Below the pieces are notes generated by a model. It did no database searches. It was not told where the DNA came from and saw only the letters and a program-made list of their open reading frames with translations. The position numbers and the translations under genes are program-made. Shown here one piece after another: positions 10,301 through 19,457 of a stretch of DNA of 64,000 bases (positions are counted from its first letter, which is position 1; each line of letters starts with the position of its first letter). The DNA lies in the NCBI GenBank assembly GCA_007695305.1, contig REEA01000109.1, forward strand, positions 14,987 through 78,986, given 5' to 3'. This DNA comes from Bacteroidia bacterium (GTDB taxonomy: Bacteria; Bacteroidota; Bacteroidia; Bacteroidales; UBA7960).

Positions 10301-10664
10301 GACAGGCACTGTTGTATTCTTCAATGGAAATGGTCTTCCCAATATCTTCCTTTGTAATCCCCAAAAGCTTTTCCACACCAATTTCCACAGGCAGCCCATG
10401 GGTATCCCAGCCAGCTTTGCGCTTTACAAAATATCCCTTTTGGGTACGGTAACGGCAAAAGATGTCCTTGATGGCACGTGCCATCACGTGATGAATACCC
10501 GGTAATCCATTGGCCGAAGGAGGACCTTCATAAAACACCCACGGTTCATGGCCTTCACGCAAATCCAGACTTTGTTCAAAAACCCTGTTTTCCTCCCAGA
10601 AATGTCTGATCTCATCAGCGATACGTGGCAAATCAAGCGACTTATATTCTTTGTATTTCGGCAT
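7302..10664 (-). CDS. ileS: Isoleucine--tRNA ligase (long, type 2 form)
   Basis: 1120 aa. HIGH-region PSANGLPGIHHVMAR, KMSKS motif (KMSKRLGN), and class Ia editing-domain context. Confidence 0.97.
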   Translation of the reverse strand: MPKYKEYKSLDLPRIADEIRHFWEENRVFEQSLDLREGHEPWVFYEGPPSANGLPGIHHVMARAIKDIFCRYRTQKGYFVKRKAGWDTHGLPVEIGVEKLLGITKEDIGKTISIEEYNSACRKDVMKYKDTWDELTLQMGYWLDLSDPYITFDNKYIETVWYLLSKLFEKGLLYKGYSIQPYSPAAGTGLSTHELNQPGCYRNVKDNSLTAQFKVVRDEQSAFLFDGDEEVFLLAWTTTPWTLPSNTGLAVGKNISYVKIKTFNPYTHQPIRVMLAKDLTSSFFNPDHAKIPFDSYKEGDKKIPYEVVAEFKGAQLENIRYEQLLPYAQPDDGDPFRIVLGDFVTTEDGTGVVHIAPSFGADDFKVGQQYSLGSLTMVDKKGRFIDAMGEFAGRFVKPDYIGENDPPEERPVDVDIIIKLKTENRAFKAEKYEHSYPHCWRTDKPILYYPLDSWFIRTTAIKDRMIALNDTIRWKPESTGTGRFANWLDNLQDWNLSRSRYWGVPLPIWVTEDRDEMVCIGSAKQLKEAVEQSIGAGFMSENPLQDFSPDDMSDENYLRFDLHRPFVDDIILVSPSGKKMFRELDLIDVWFDSGAMPYAQYHYPFENKELFESNFPADFIAEGVDQTRGWFFTLHAISTMISDSVAFKTVVSNGLVLDKAGNKMSKRLGNAIDPFETIKKHGPDATRWYMISNAQPWDNLKFDLEGVEEVRRKFFGTLYNTYAFFALYANIDGFTYREEEVPVDQRPEIDRWILSELNTLIKKTDACYEDFEPTRACRLIHNFVDEHLSNWYVRLCRRRFWKGDYTQDKISAYQTLYRCLESLAMITAPVAPFFAERLFIDLNSITGRHKLASVHLTHYPEPDTAMIDAQLEEKMQLAQKISSMTLALRKKVNIRVRQPLQKIMIPVIDEHFRNQLEGVEQLILSEVNVKQMEYLDETAGILIKKIKPNFKSLGPRYGKMMKQIAAIINGFSQEEIQDFESEGKKTLIIDGQDVEINPDDVEIMSEDIPGWLVANEGKITVALDVTITDSLRNEGVARELINRIQNLRKEKGFEVTDKIEIKVQKHPGITNALFNNNDYICSETLATNLCYVDTIDDDQKVAVDLMDDVQTFVSIKKNQK

Positions 10665-10733
10665 TTTAATCTAAATATTGGCTTTCTGTTTTTAAAAACT
10701 GTTTTTCAGACAGATAATTCGTTTTTAAAGCCG

Positions 10734-10741
10734 CAAAATTA
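10734..10741 (-). promoter_or_regulatory. -7 box TAATTTTG upstream of ileS
   Basis: Exact TAnnTTTG match on the minus strand, 70 nt upstream of the ileS ATG, in an AT-rich divergent intergenic region. Confidence 0.35.
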
Positions 10742-10936
10742 TAAAAAAATGTTGAATATAAGCCCCGCTTATGGAGAATAACAGATTTATGAACATTTGG
10801 TAACCCCATGCTTACCAAAAGACCGGAGATAAACAAAGGACCCATTCAATATATATAACTCAAATAATTGAAATATATTTAAAGAATCAAAAAACAATAT
10901 TAACACAAAAACATACTGATTCATTTAAAAAATACT

Positions 10937-10944
10937 TATATTTG
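10937..10944 (+). promoter_or_regulatory. Bacteroidota-type -7 promoter box TATATTTG (TAnnTTTG)
   Basis: Exact match to the consensus, 22 nt upstream of the ATG at 10967. Confidence 0.45.
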
Positions 10945-10966
10945 CCCGAATCAAAACAATATTGCA

Positions 10967-11446
10967 ATGAGGATATATTTTAACAGGTCGTTGTGTAAAA
11001 AATGCCCCCACAACACACATGAGGATAATTGCATGTATAAGGAAATGTTTTACAGGCAATTACCGCCCACGGTCCGGAACCAGATTGTGGTTTATCATAA
11101 GTGCCAGTATTACAGAAAAATATTCAAAAAGGGGGAAACGGTATTGGTTGATCTTTACCATCAACTTTTCGGCAGTGACGGGAAGTGGCATTTTGTAAAA
11201 GCCTATGAAAATGTGCCGGGTATTGTAAAAGGCACCAGCGGATCAAAGTACATCATCGAGCTTAGTCAGATTTTTATGTTGTTTTGGAAACAAAAGGGAG
11301 GTCCTCCGGCAACACAGACGAAGTTTTTGTCAGAAGCTCGCGTTCATGCCAAAAAGATCAAATCCATTCATATGAATAATGAACCTGCCGATCCTGAAAT
11401 CATTATGGAGTTGATTGCTGAAACAGAACAAATGGTTTTGAACTGA
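10967..11446 (+). CDS. Hypothetical protein (159 aa) with Cys/His-rich N-terminus
   Basis: ATG ORF 23 nt downstream of a TATATTTG -7 box. The N-terminus has CKKC-x8-C ... HKC spacing. I recognise no family. Confidence 0.55.
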   Translation: MRIYFNRSLCKKCPHNTHEDNCMYKEMFYRQLPPTVRNQIVVYHKCQYYRKIFKKGETVLVDLYHQLFGSDGKWHFVKAYENVPGIVKGTSGSKYIIELSQIFMLFWKQKGGPPATQTKFLSEARVHAKKIKSIHMNNEPADPEIIMELIAETEQMVLN

Positions 11447-11491
11447 TGATCTTATTCTTGTTTTCTGTATTTTCGCAGGAAAACGGAAGTC

Positions 11492-12193
11492 GTGGATATC
11501 ATTTTCATACTTTGTTCTCCTGCCAGGCAGGAGAATGTTGGTGCTGCTGCCAGGGCAATGAAAACCATGGGCATTGGTGAACTGCGTCTGGTTCAGCCAC
11601 TTTGCGATCATTTGGGAGAACGTGCATTGGCAACAGCCCATGGGTCAAGGGATATACTGGAGTCGGCAAAGCTGTTCAGCTCCCTTGAAGAAGCAAAAAG
11701 TGACCTTTCACTGCTCATTGGTACTGCGGCAAAAAAAAGGAATATAAGGGAAGACCGACACCCCCTGGAAGACTTACCTGGCATTCTGCTGAGCAAACAG
11801 AGTATTTTACTAAAAGTGGGCGTGGTTTTCGGGGGTGAAGAATCGGGTTTATCTAACCGTGAAATTGATTTTTGCGACTTGCTGAGCACCATCCCCATGC
11901 GTCGGAAATACCCATCCCTGAACCTGGGCCAGGCTGTGATGACGTATGCCTTCGTGCTTTCCAGGGTCACTCTTGATCCGCACAAAAAAACGCAAATGCA
12001 ACCAACGGACGACGAGTTGCGGATTGTCAGGGACAAAGCTTTGCAAGTGCTTGCCGATGTACATTTACCGGAAGAAAACATTATCCACCGGCGAATTATG
12101 GAGCGGTTAATGCTGCTCGGTGTTGACGATATGCACCTCTTTCATTCCTTTTGCAAATTCTACCTGAAAAAATATCACGGTCGCATCAAGTGA
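11492..12193 (+). CDS. SpoU/TrmH-family RNA 2'-O-methyltransferase (TrmJ-like)
   Basis: GTG start. The N-terminus IIFILCSPARQENVGAAARAMKTMG is typical of TrmJ/YfhQ-like enzymes. SPOUT knot motifs FGGEESGLSN and IPMRRKYPSLNLGQAV. Confidence 0.85.
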   Translation: MDIIFILCSPARQENVGAAARAMKTMGIGELRLVQPLCDHLGERALATAHGSRDILESAKLFSSLEEAKSDLSLLIGTAAKKRNIREDRHPLEDLPGILLSKQSILLKVGVVFGGEESGLSNREIDFCDLLSTIPMRRKYPSLNLGQAVMTYAFVLSRVTLDPHKKTQMQPTDDELRIVRDKALQVLADVHLPEENIIHRRIMERLMLLGVDDMHLFHSFCKFYLKKYHGRIK

Positions 12194-13460
12194 ATTCCTT
12201 TTGTTTTCTGACAAGGCTTCGGTAAATGGTGCGAATACGTTTTCCGAAGAGCAGGGAGGAACCAAGGCATACAAAGGAGAATACAAAAATGGTGAAAGGT
12301 ACACCGATGTATTCGGCGATGCTTCCTGCCAGTATACTTCCCAGGGGGGTAATACCCATAAAGGTCAGGCTGTATAATGAAACCACCCGGCCTCTTTTGT
12401 CTTCATCTGCAATGCTTTGAATCAGCGTATTGGTACTGTTGAAGTGTACAATCATACCAAATCCGGTTATTACCAGGGCCACAATGGAAAGCATTGTATT
12501 TGAAGAGAGTGCAAAAATGGCCAGACCTGCAGCAAACATGAATGATGTTCGAAAGGTAATTACCGGGATTTTTTGCGGATTTTTATTGGCAGCCAGGAAA
12601 AAGGCTCCGGTAAGTGCTCCTGCGCCCAGTGCACCGGTCAAAAAACCAAGCATTTGCGAGCCACCCCCAAGTATTTCTGCGGCAAACATTGGCAAAAGTG
12701 CCTGAAAGGGAAGGCCAAAAAAGCTACTCAATGCCACCAGTGTGATCAAATAGCGAAGCGAACGAAATGACCAGGCATAATCTATACCCTCGCGCAGCTG
12801 TGAAAAAACAGAGCCAAAGCGCCTTTGTGCCTGTTTCTTTTGTATGCGCATGGCTGCAAGAGCCACTATAACAGCCAGAAAGGAAACACCATTGATGAAA
12901 AAACACCAGCCTTCCCCGACCGCAGCAATCAGCAAGCCTCCAATGGGTGGACCAATAAAACGTGCCAGGTTGTAAAGTGATGAATTGAGCGCAATGGCAT
13001 TGGAAAGATCCTCGCGCCGTGTGATGATATCGGGAACGAAAGATTGCCGAAACGGTGTGTCAAAGGCAAGCACTACTCCATTCACCAGGGCAAGGCCGAT
13101 AATAATAACCACACTGATGGTTTCCGTAAGTGTGAGCCAGGCAAGCAAAAAGGCCACAACCATGGCCATTGCCTGTGTGATCATGATCACTTTACGGCGG
13201 TCCCACCTGTCGGCCAGAACACCGGCAAACGGTGTAATCAGCAAAGAGGGGATCTGCAGGGCAAATGCAATGGTGCCAAGCAGCAAAGCTGAGCCTGTCA
13301 ACCGGTAAACCAGCCATCCCATGGCGATGTTTTGCACCCATACACCGATCAGAGAAATACTTTGCCCGTAATAATAATACCTGTAGTTGCGATATTTCAG
13401 TGCCCGGAAAATGTTACGGAAGGTCTCGAACCGAACCGGCAAACCTCTGAATGGAAACAT
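12186..13460 (-). CDS. MFS transporter (MFS_3/EntS-like)
   Basis: About 12 hydrophobic helices and the typical N-terminus FRALKYRNYRYYYYGQSISLIGVWVQ. I prefer the ATG at 13460 over the ORF-track start at 13547, because a TACATTTG -7 box (13515-13522) lies inside that extension. The 3' end overlaps the convergent methyltransferase gene by 8 nt. Confidence 0.85.
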   Translation of the reverse strand: MFPFRGLPVRFETFRNIFRALKYRNYRYYYYGQSISLIGVWVQNIAMGWLVYRLTGSALLLGTIAFALQIPSLLITPFAGVLADRWDRRKVIMITQAMAMVVAFLLAWLTLTETISVVIIIGLALVNGVVLAFDTPFRQSFVPDIITRREDLSNAIALNSSLYNLARFIGPPIGGLLIAAVGEGWCFFINGVSFLAVIVALAAMRIQKKQAQRRFGSVFSQLREGIDYAWSFRSLRYLITLVALSSFFGLPFQALLPMFAAEILGGGSQMLGFLTGALGAGALTGAFFLAANKNPQKIPVITFRTSFMFAAGLAIFALSSNTMLSIVALVITGFGMIVHFNSTNTLIQSIADEDKRGRVVSLYSLTFMGITPLGSILAGSIAEYIGVPFTIFVFSFVCLGSSLLFGKRIRTIYRSLVRKQKEFT

Positions 13461-13514
13461 AACTGCTTGGTTTTGGCATCTCCCGCAAAAACCGGAAGTA
13501 CCGGAGTAGACCTG

Positions 13515-13522
13515 CAAATGTA
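13515..13522 (-). promoter_or_regulatory. -7 box TACATTTG upstream of the MFS transporter gene
   Basis: Exact TAnnTTTG match, 55 nt upstream of the ATG at 13460. Confidence 0.35.
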
Positions 13523-13604
13523 CAAAACAATGACCGGATGCCGGCACATTGCCATGAATATGGGCAAAAACATAAGTAATTTATGGGGGCTACAATAGGG
13601 CCAA

Positions 13605-16007
13605 TCATTCCGACCGCAACGAATTAACCGGATTAGAGCGCTTGACAATCCATGCCTGCGCGCTGATAATGGCTGAGCTCATCAACAATACGATAAAACC
13701 GGATAACAAGAACCATAGCGGGTTGATAACTATACGGTAAGCAAAACTACCTAACCACTGATCCATGACGACCCATGAAACTGGCGCCGCGACCAGCAAA
13801 GCAAGGATGACAAGCAATACCGACTCCCTGTTAAATGTCCACAGCAATTGATTTAAACCAGCACCCAGTATGATGCGGATGCCTGTTTCTTTTGTCCGTC
13901 TTTCAGCAGAAAATGCCGCGAGACCATATACACCAAGCAAGGCAATCACAAAAGCCAGTACTGCCCCCGCTGACAACAAACCCGCTGTCTGATTCTCTTG
14001 CTGATATACCATATTGATGGTTTGCTCAAGGTATTCAATGTCGGGAACATACGATGGATCAATGCTGTGCAGCATGGCTGTTATGTCATGATGCAACGGA
14101 ACCATATCACCGGGGGTCACCTTCAGGTAAAGGTGGGGAAACCCTGATGAAAAGTATATCATTGCCATTGGTTCTACCGTTTGATGGAGCGATTTAAAAT
14201 GGAAATTAGTGGTGATGCCAATCAAAGGCCCTGTTACTCCAAACAAATCCAGGGTTTTATTCAACGGTTCATCAAAACCCAGTGCATCCACTGCCTGTCT
14301 GTTTAAAATGAAAGCACTGTTAATATCCATCTCGGAGTCCGCATGAAAATTCCTGCCTTCCTCAATCTCAATATTCATCAAATCCAGAAATCCATAATCC
14401 ACATAAATGATCTCGCAGGTTACCCCTGACTCTTTGGAAACCCCATCCTCTGCCACAAGATCAACACGATTATTGCCATCAAACATATAAGTTGACCCGG
14501 CCACCGATTTGATACGTGAATGACTCTCCAGCTCGGCCTTCAGAGAGGCATAGGACTGAGCCAACCGTGACGACACGTTTCTGATCACCAAAACCTCCTC
14601 CTTGTCAAAACCAAGATCATAATCCCGGACGTAATGCATTTGACGTGTAATTACCATCAGCGAACTGATCACAAAGATCGTGATCGCAAACTGGAAAACC
14701 ACAAGTGCCCGGCGAAAAATCTGCCCCTTTCTCCCCCTGTGCGGCTCTCCCCTGATTGTTTTGATCGTATCAATGGAAGACAAATAAAAGGCAGGATATA
14801 GTCCCGACAAAATCACCGTCAGGATAAAAAAACCGGTTATTGCAAAAATACCTTCAAGCCTGAAAAGCAAAGAACTTTGCAGGTAAAGGTTAAAATTGTG
14901 TGAAAAATACCCCGCCAACAATTCTGTCAACACAAAAGCCAGCATGAAAGCTATCAGGCTGACTATAAACGACTCTGTCATCACCTGCTTGATCAAAGTG
15001 GCCCTGTGAGCACCTGAAACCTTTCGGATCCCTATTTCTTTTGAACGCAAAGTGCTTCGTGCCGTAGCCAGGTTAATGTAATTGATAATGGCTACAAAAA
15101 GGATAAAAACAGACAAAAAGCCGAACAGATATACGGTCCGGATACTCCCATTGTCACGCATTTCCCACATTAACCCCGACCGCAGATGTATATCACCGAC
15201 GGGCATCAGGCTTAACTCTGTTTCAAACAGAAGCCCCTCATAAAGGGGATTTTCTGCAATATGCCGGTTGGAAATCTCATACAGCTTTTCTTCAACCTTT
15301 GAAGGGTCAGCATCCGGATGCAGCAGCAAATACGTGTAAAAATTGGTGCCGGATACTTTGACCTGCTCCGGCAGAAAAGCTTCGCTGCCCAATGCCGAAA
15401 AAGACAAGTGCGTGTTCTCCGGCAGGTCCTCTATGATACCGGTAACATGAAAGGGCTCGTCCTGGATCTGCACAACGCGATACAATGCATCCAGGGGATC
15501 CGCGAACAACAATTGGGCTGAAGATTCTGTGAGCACCAGCGATCCGGGATCACTCAGGGCATCATGCCTGTTGCCGGCAATAAAATCAATGGAATAGATG
15601 TCAAAAAAGGTGGAGTCGGAGAAAATAACTCCCGGGAGATTAACAGAACGGTCTTCATAGGAAAAAGCCGGGTTCATGTAATAGCTGGTAAAGCGAACCG
15701 CATTTTCTATTTCCGGAATTTCCCGCATGGCTAACTCTGAGATGGGATAAAAGGTAGTGGGTACCTCCAGTGGTTTTCCGCGACCAAGTTGAATCTCAGT
15801 ATGTATCCTGTATATCCGGTCGTGATGCTCCCAAAACCGGTCATAACTAAACTCGTGCAACAGAAACACCCAAATAAGCAAAGTAACGCCTATTCCGAGT
15901 GCTAATCCAAGAATGTTGATCAGCGCATTGGCTTTCTGTTTTTGAAAATTTCTGAATAAGTTCCTGATGTAATGAAAAAGCATATTGGTTTGATTTGGTA
16001 ATTGCAT
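13605..16007 (-). CDS. ABC transporter permease, FtsX/MacB-type (about 800 aa, duplicated FtsX module)
   Basis: N-terminus (MLFHYIRNLFRNFQKQKANALINILGLALG) is typical of this family. Two 4-TM FtsX blocks are separated by large extracytoplasmic domains. The alternative ATG at 15983 gives the more canonical N-terminus. Confidence 0.9.
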   Translation of the reverse strand: MQLPNQTNMLFHYIRNLFRNFQKQKANALINILGLALGIGVTLLIWVFLLHEFSYDRFWEHHDRIYRIHTEIQLGRGKPLEVPTTFYPISELAMREIPEIENAVRFTSYYMNPAFSYEDRSVNLPGVIFSDSTFFDIYSIDFIAGNRHDALSDPGSLVLTESSAQLLFADPLDALYRVVQIQDEPFHVTGIIEDLPENTHLSFSALGSEAFLPEQVKVSGTNFYTYLLLHPDADPSKVEEKLYEISNRHIAENPLYEGLLFETELSLMPVGDIHLRSGLMWEMRDNGSIRTVYLFGFLSVFILFVAIINYINLATARSTLRSKEIGIRKVSGAHRATLIKQVMTESFIVSLIAFMLAFVLTELLAGYFSHNFNLYLQSSLLFRLEGIFAITGFFILTVILSGLYPAFYLSSIDTIKTIRGEPHRGRKGQIFRRALVVFQFAITIFVISSLMVITRQMHYVRDYDLGFDKEEVLVIRNVSSRLAQSYASLKAELESHSRIKSVAGSTYMFDGNNRVDLVAEDGVSKESGVTCEIIYVDYGFLDLMNIEIEEGRNFHADSEMDINSAFILNRQAVDALGFDEPLNKTLDLFGVTGPLIGITTNFHFKSLHQTVEPMAMIYFSSGFPHLYLKVTPGDMVPLHHDITAMLHSIDPSYVPDIEYLEQTINMVYQQENQTAGLLSAGAVLAFVIALLGVYGLAAFSAERRTKETGIRIILGAGLNQLLWTFNRESVLLVILALLVAAPVSWVVMDQWLGSFAYRIVINPLWFLLSGFIVLLMSSAIISAQAWIVKRSNPVNSLRSE

Positions 16008-16037
16008 AACATTCCGGAAACCGATTGTTTAAAGCTT

Positions 16038-18428
16038 TTACTCTGCTTTGAGCACATCTGCAGGGTTTTTACGCACAGCCCTGATTGATTGGGAAGTAAC
16101 CACTGCCAGGACAACCATGACCATGGCAACAACCGAAACAACCATTGTCCAGTAAGGAAAAGGAACAGCATAGGCAAATCCGGCCAGCCATTTCTCCATA
16201 TACCAGTATGCCAGTGGCAAAGCCACAATGGATGCCAGTACCACCCATTTCAGGAAAGCCCCTGACATCCTGAACAGAATGTTCCTGACGGAAGCCCCCA
16301 TAACTTTCCGAATGGCCGATTCTTTCTGGCTTTTTTGTGCTGCAAAGGAGGAAAGTCCCAACACACCAAGCATGGCAATGATGATGGCCACCGTAGCAAA
16401 GGTAAAAAACAACCAGCCAAAGTTCCGTTCATTCGCAAACTGCTGATCCAAAAGCTGTGAAACAGAAGTATAGTAAAACGTTTTGTCCGGCAATACGGAG
16501 GTCCACTCTTCCTGCAGTGCCAGGATCACATCTCCGCCGTGAACACCTTCATAACGGATCAGCAGCCAAAACGGATGAGTGAAATGTGCAGGGCGGGCAC
16601 CAAGTACATTCATCATGCGAGGCTCGATTTCATGATGGAGCGAACGAAAATGGTAATCGTGCACGACTCCTGTAACGGTATATGTAATCCCGCTGCGATC
16701 AATGGTTTTTCCAAGGGGGCTGGTCCATCCTGCTTTTTTTACCAGTGTTTCGTTAACGATCACATTGGAGGTTTCCAATCCATCTTCTCTTGTAAACAAC
16801 CTGCCTTCTTTTAGCGATCCGCCGAGAGTCTCAAAATAATTGAGGTCTGCCCAAAACCTGTGCGCCAAAAAACCCGGTTCAGCTCCTTCCGGAAGGATAC
16901 CTTCCATATAGGAAGCGCCAATGGGAAATGAGGTGCTTATACTTTTTGAAACTACCCAGGGATATGCATCCATGACCTGATGAAATAAATCTGCATCCTC
17001 CCTGTTTTCGGCGCGTACCGCGATCAAACCTTCCGGTTCAAAACCAAGATCTTTCGTGTAAAAATACCGAACCTGCAGAAATACAACCAGGGTGCATATG
17101 ATGAGTGCCATGGAAATGATGAACTGAAGAAACATCAGAAGGCTCTTTAACTGGAAGCTTCCGGGGCGCGACCAGAATTCACCTTTCATTATTTTTACCG
17201 GCTGAAAAGAAGACATGTACCATGCAGGATACATACCTGCAAGAAACCCGAAAAATCCGGCAAAGAAAAGAAAAACAAACAGGAATAGCCACCACGGCAT
17301 ACTAAACAACTCCAGTGTGGTGTTTAGCATCCCGTTGAAAAAGGGAAGCATTAACTCCACCAACAGAATGGCACAGGCAAAACTAAGGGTTGTAAAAAAT
17401 AAGGTTTCAAAATACAATTGCTTTCGCAGAGAAGCCCTGTTTGCACCCAGCACCTTCCGGACACCGATCTCTTTTGCACGCTTGCCCGACATGGCAACAC
17501 AAAGGTTCACATAGTTGAAACCTGCTATGAAAAGCACGAATAGGGCAACAGTAGAAAACAGCCATACCTTCCAAATGGTTCCCGCCTCTTCGGCTTCACT
17601 GCTGAAAGGACTCCGCAGCCGGATGTCTTTCATGGGAAAATAATGTAAGGTAAGATGCACCCCCATCCCCTCAAACTGATAATTTAGCTTTTCATAGGTG
17701 AGTGGTTCTGTTTTTTTCTCAAACTGCAAAATGTCAATGCCTTCAGCCATTAGCAGATATGTCTGAAAACCCATGTTGGCACCCCACGATGTCATATTCG
17801 ACCGGGACTCTTCCATCAACGTGCTGAAAGAACGAAGCATGTCGAACTGTATGTGTGAATTTGGCGGACTGTCGGCTGCCACACCCGTGATGACATAATG
17901 TCTTTCCCCATCATCCAAACGAACAACTTTCCCCAGTGCGTCTCCCTCAGGGAAAAGCTGTTTTGCCAGACTTTCCGTAACCACCAGGCTGTAAGGCTCT
18001 GCCAATGCTTTTACAGGATGACCATGCAATAAATCGAAACAGAATATTTCAAAAAAAGTGTTGTCGGCAAAATATGTTCTGTTAATGGTTCGAAACGAAC
18101 CATCTTGCCAAAGGTTAACAGCTTGCCTGCCCGACAACCTCACCTGGTTAATCACTTCCGGAAATGCTTCCAAAAGGTCCGGGCCCATGGGCGGACTTGT
18201 CCAGTTTTCATATATTTCGTTATCCTGCATGTCGAAGTGAACGCTGACACGATATATATTGTCCGCCTCTGCATGAAACCGGTCATAACTCAATTCACGG
18301 TAAACATACAGCACTATGAGCAGACAAACAGCCATGGCTGTGGCAAGACCAAATAAATTGATCATGCTGAAGGACCATTGAGTCCGGAAGTGCTTTATGG
18401 CTGTAAGAAGATAGTGTATGATCATCAT
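16038..18428 (-). CDS. ABC transporter permease, FtsX/MacB-type (paralogue of the downstream gene)
   Basis: Same architecture as 13605-16007. I prefer the ATG at 18428 (MMIIHYLLTAIKHFR...) over the TTG at 18461 used by the ORF track. Confidence 0.9.
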   Translation of the reverse strand: MMIIHYLLTAIKHFRTQWSFSMINLFGLATAMAVCLLIVLYVYRELSYDRFHAEADNIYRVSVHFDMQDNEIYENWTSPPMGPDLLEAFPEVINQVRLSGRQAVNLWQDGSFRTINRTYFADNTFFEIFCFDLLHGHPVKALAEPYSLVVTESLAKQLFPEGDALGKVVRLDDGERHYVITGVAADSPPNSHIQFDMLRSFSTLMEESRSNMTSWGANMGFQTYLLMAEGIDILQFEKKTEPLTYEKLNYQFEGMGVHLTLHYFPMKDIRLRSPFSSEAEEAGTIWKVWLFSTVALFVLFIAGFNYVNLCVAMSGKRAKEIGVRKVLGANRASLRKQLYFETLFFTTLSFACAILLVELMLPFFNGMLNTTLELFSMPWWLFLFVFLFFAGFFGFLAGMYPAWYMSSFQPVKIMKGEFWSRPGSFQLKSLLMFLQFIISMALIICTLVVFLQVRYFYTKDLGFEPEGLIAVRAENREDADLFHQVMDAYPWVVSKSISTSFPIGASYMEGILPEGAEPGFLAHRFWADLNYFETLGGSLKEGRLFTREDGLETSNVIVNETLVKKAGWTSPLGKTIDRSGITYTVTGVVHDYHFRSLHHEIEPRMMNVLGARPAHFTHPFWLLIRYEGVHGGDVILALQEEWTSVLPDKTFYYTSVSQLLDQQFANERNFGWLFFTFATVAIIIAMLGVLGLSSFAAQKSQKESAIRKVMGASVRNILFRMSGAFLKWVVLASIVALPLAYWYMEKWLAGFAYAVPFPYWTMVVSVVAMVMVVLAVVTSQSIRAVRKNPADVLKAE

Positions 18429-18656
18429 TGTGATCCGGTATTGTCTGTTTTTGCAGGTCAAGCGTTATTCGATGTGAATGGCTTCCACCGGGGTTATATT
18501 TACTGCCCCGGCACTTTTTTAACTCACGGCAACAAGGGCAATAGCAATGTAGTTTCGAGTCATAATCCCGGTATTCTTTTGGGTTGTTAAAAACCCGGAC
18601 CTCATTTACCCAATGAAGGTTGATAAAGAAGTCCGGGGTTAGTCTGATGCAGGTAT

Positions 18657-19361
18657 TTATTGGGCAGCAGCTGTCAACACGAACTCGGTGGTTTTGTCTT
18701 CTGTTACGATTTGACCGTCGAATAGGCGGATAATGCGTTGGGAATAAGAAGCATCGCGTTGAGAGTGCGTTACCATGATGATGGTGGTGCCGTTTTTATT
18801 CAAGGTTTCCAGCATGTTCATCACTTCGTCACCGTGTGTGGAGTCCAGGTTACCGGTAGGTTCGTCAGCCAGAATGATGTGTGGTTTGGCAACAACTGCG
18901 CGGCAAACAGCCACACGCTGTTGTTGACCTCCGGATAACTGGAGCGGGAAGTGATTTTTTCGGTGCATGATCTGCATCTGCTCCAGGACCTCTTCTACCC
19001 GCTTTTTCCTTTCGGAAGCACTGTATCCCAAATAGATCAAAGGCAGTTCAACATTTTCAAAAACACTCAGCTCATCAATCAGGTTAAAGTTCTGAAAAAC
19101 AAATCCGATGTTGCGTTTGCGCAAGTTTGCCCGTTGTTTTTCGGAATAGCCGGACACTTCTTTGTCAAGAAAATTGTACTGGCCGCCGGTTGGGTTGTCG
19201 AGCAAACCCAAAATGTTGAGCAGTGTCGACTTTCCACAGCCGGAGGGCCCCATGATGGCTACAAACTCCCCTTCCCTGATTTCGAAGGATACTTTGTTTA
19301 AAGCGGTGGTTTCCACCTCTTCGGTGCGGAAAACCTTGGTTAATTCGATCGTTTTAATCAT
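18657..19361 (-). CDS. ABC transporter ATP-binding protein (MacB/LolD-like)
   Basis: Walker A GPSGCGKST, signature LSGGQQQR, Walker B ILADEPTGNLD. I prefer the ATG at 19361 (MIKTIELTKVF) over the TTG at 19370. Confidence 0.95.
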   Translation of the reverse strand: MIKTIELTKVFRTEEVETTALNKVSFEIREGEFVAIMGPSGCGKSTLLNILGLLDNPTGGQYNFLDKEVSGYSEKQRANLRKRNIGFVFQNFNLIDELSVFENVELPLIYLGYSASERKKRVEEVLEQMQIMHRKNHFPLQLSGGQQQRVAVCRAVVAKPHIILADEPTGNLDSTHGDEVMNMLETLNKNGTTIIMVTHSQRDASYSQRIIRLFDGQIVTEDKTTEFVLTAAAQ

Positions 19362-19457
19362 GACTGACAATGGTTTTATGAATGGTTATTGAATTGTGAC
19401 GTATCCTTTATCGTTTTTGTTACGCTGAAAGTACTAAAAAAAGAACAAACACCGGTA

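Noticed and set aside
10677-10693. Identical 17-mer ATTGGCTTTCTGTTTTT, also present at 15927-15943
   Set aside because: One copy is intergenic and the other lies inside the FtsX permease coding region. There is no flanking similarity. A single shared 17-mer in A/T-biased sequence of this length is compatible with chance. It is not a repeat element.
18488-18520. Plus-strand terminator-like hairpin (CCGGGG-N12-CCCCGG followed by a T6 run) between two minus-strand genes
   Set aside because: The stem is only 6 bp and there is no plus-strand gene to terminate. It is probably incidental, or part of the minus-strand spacer structure.
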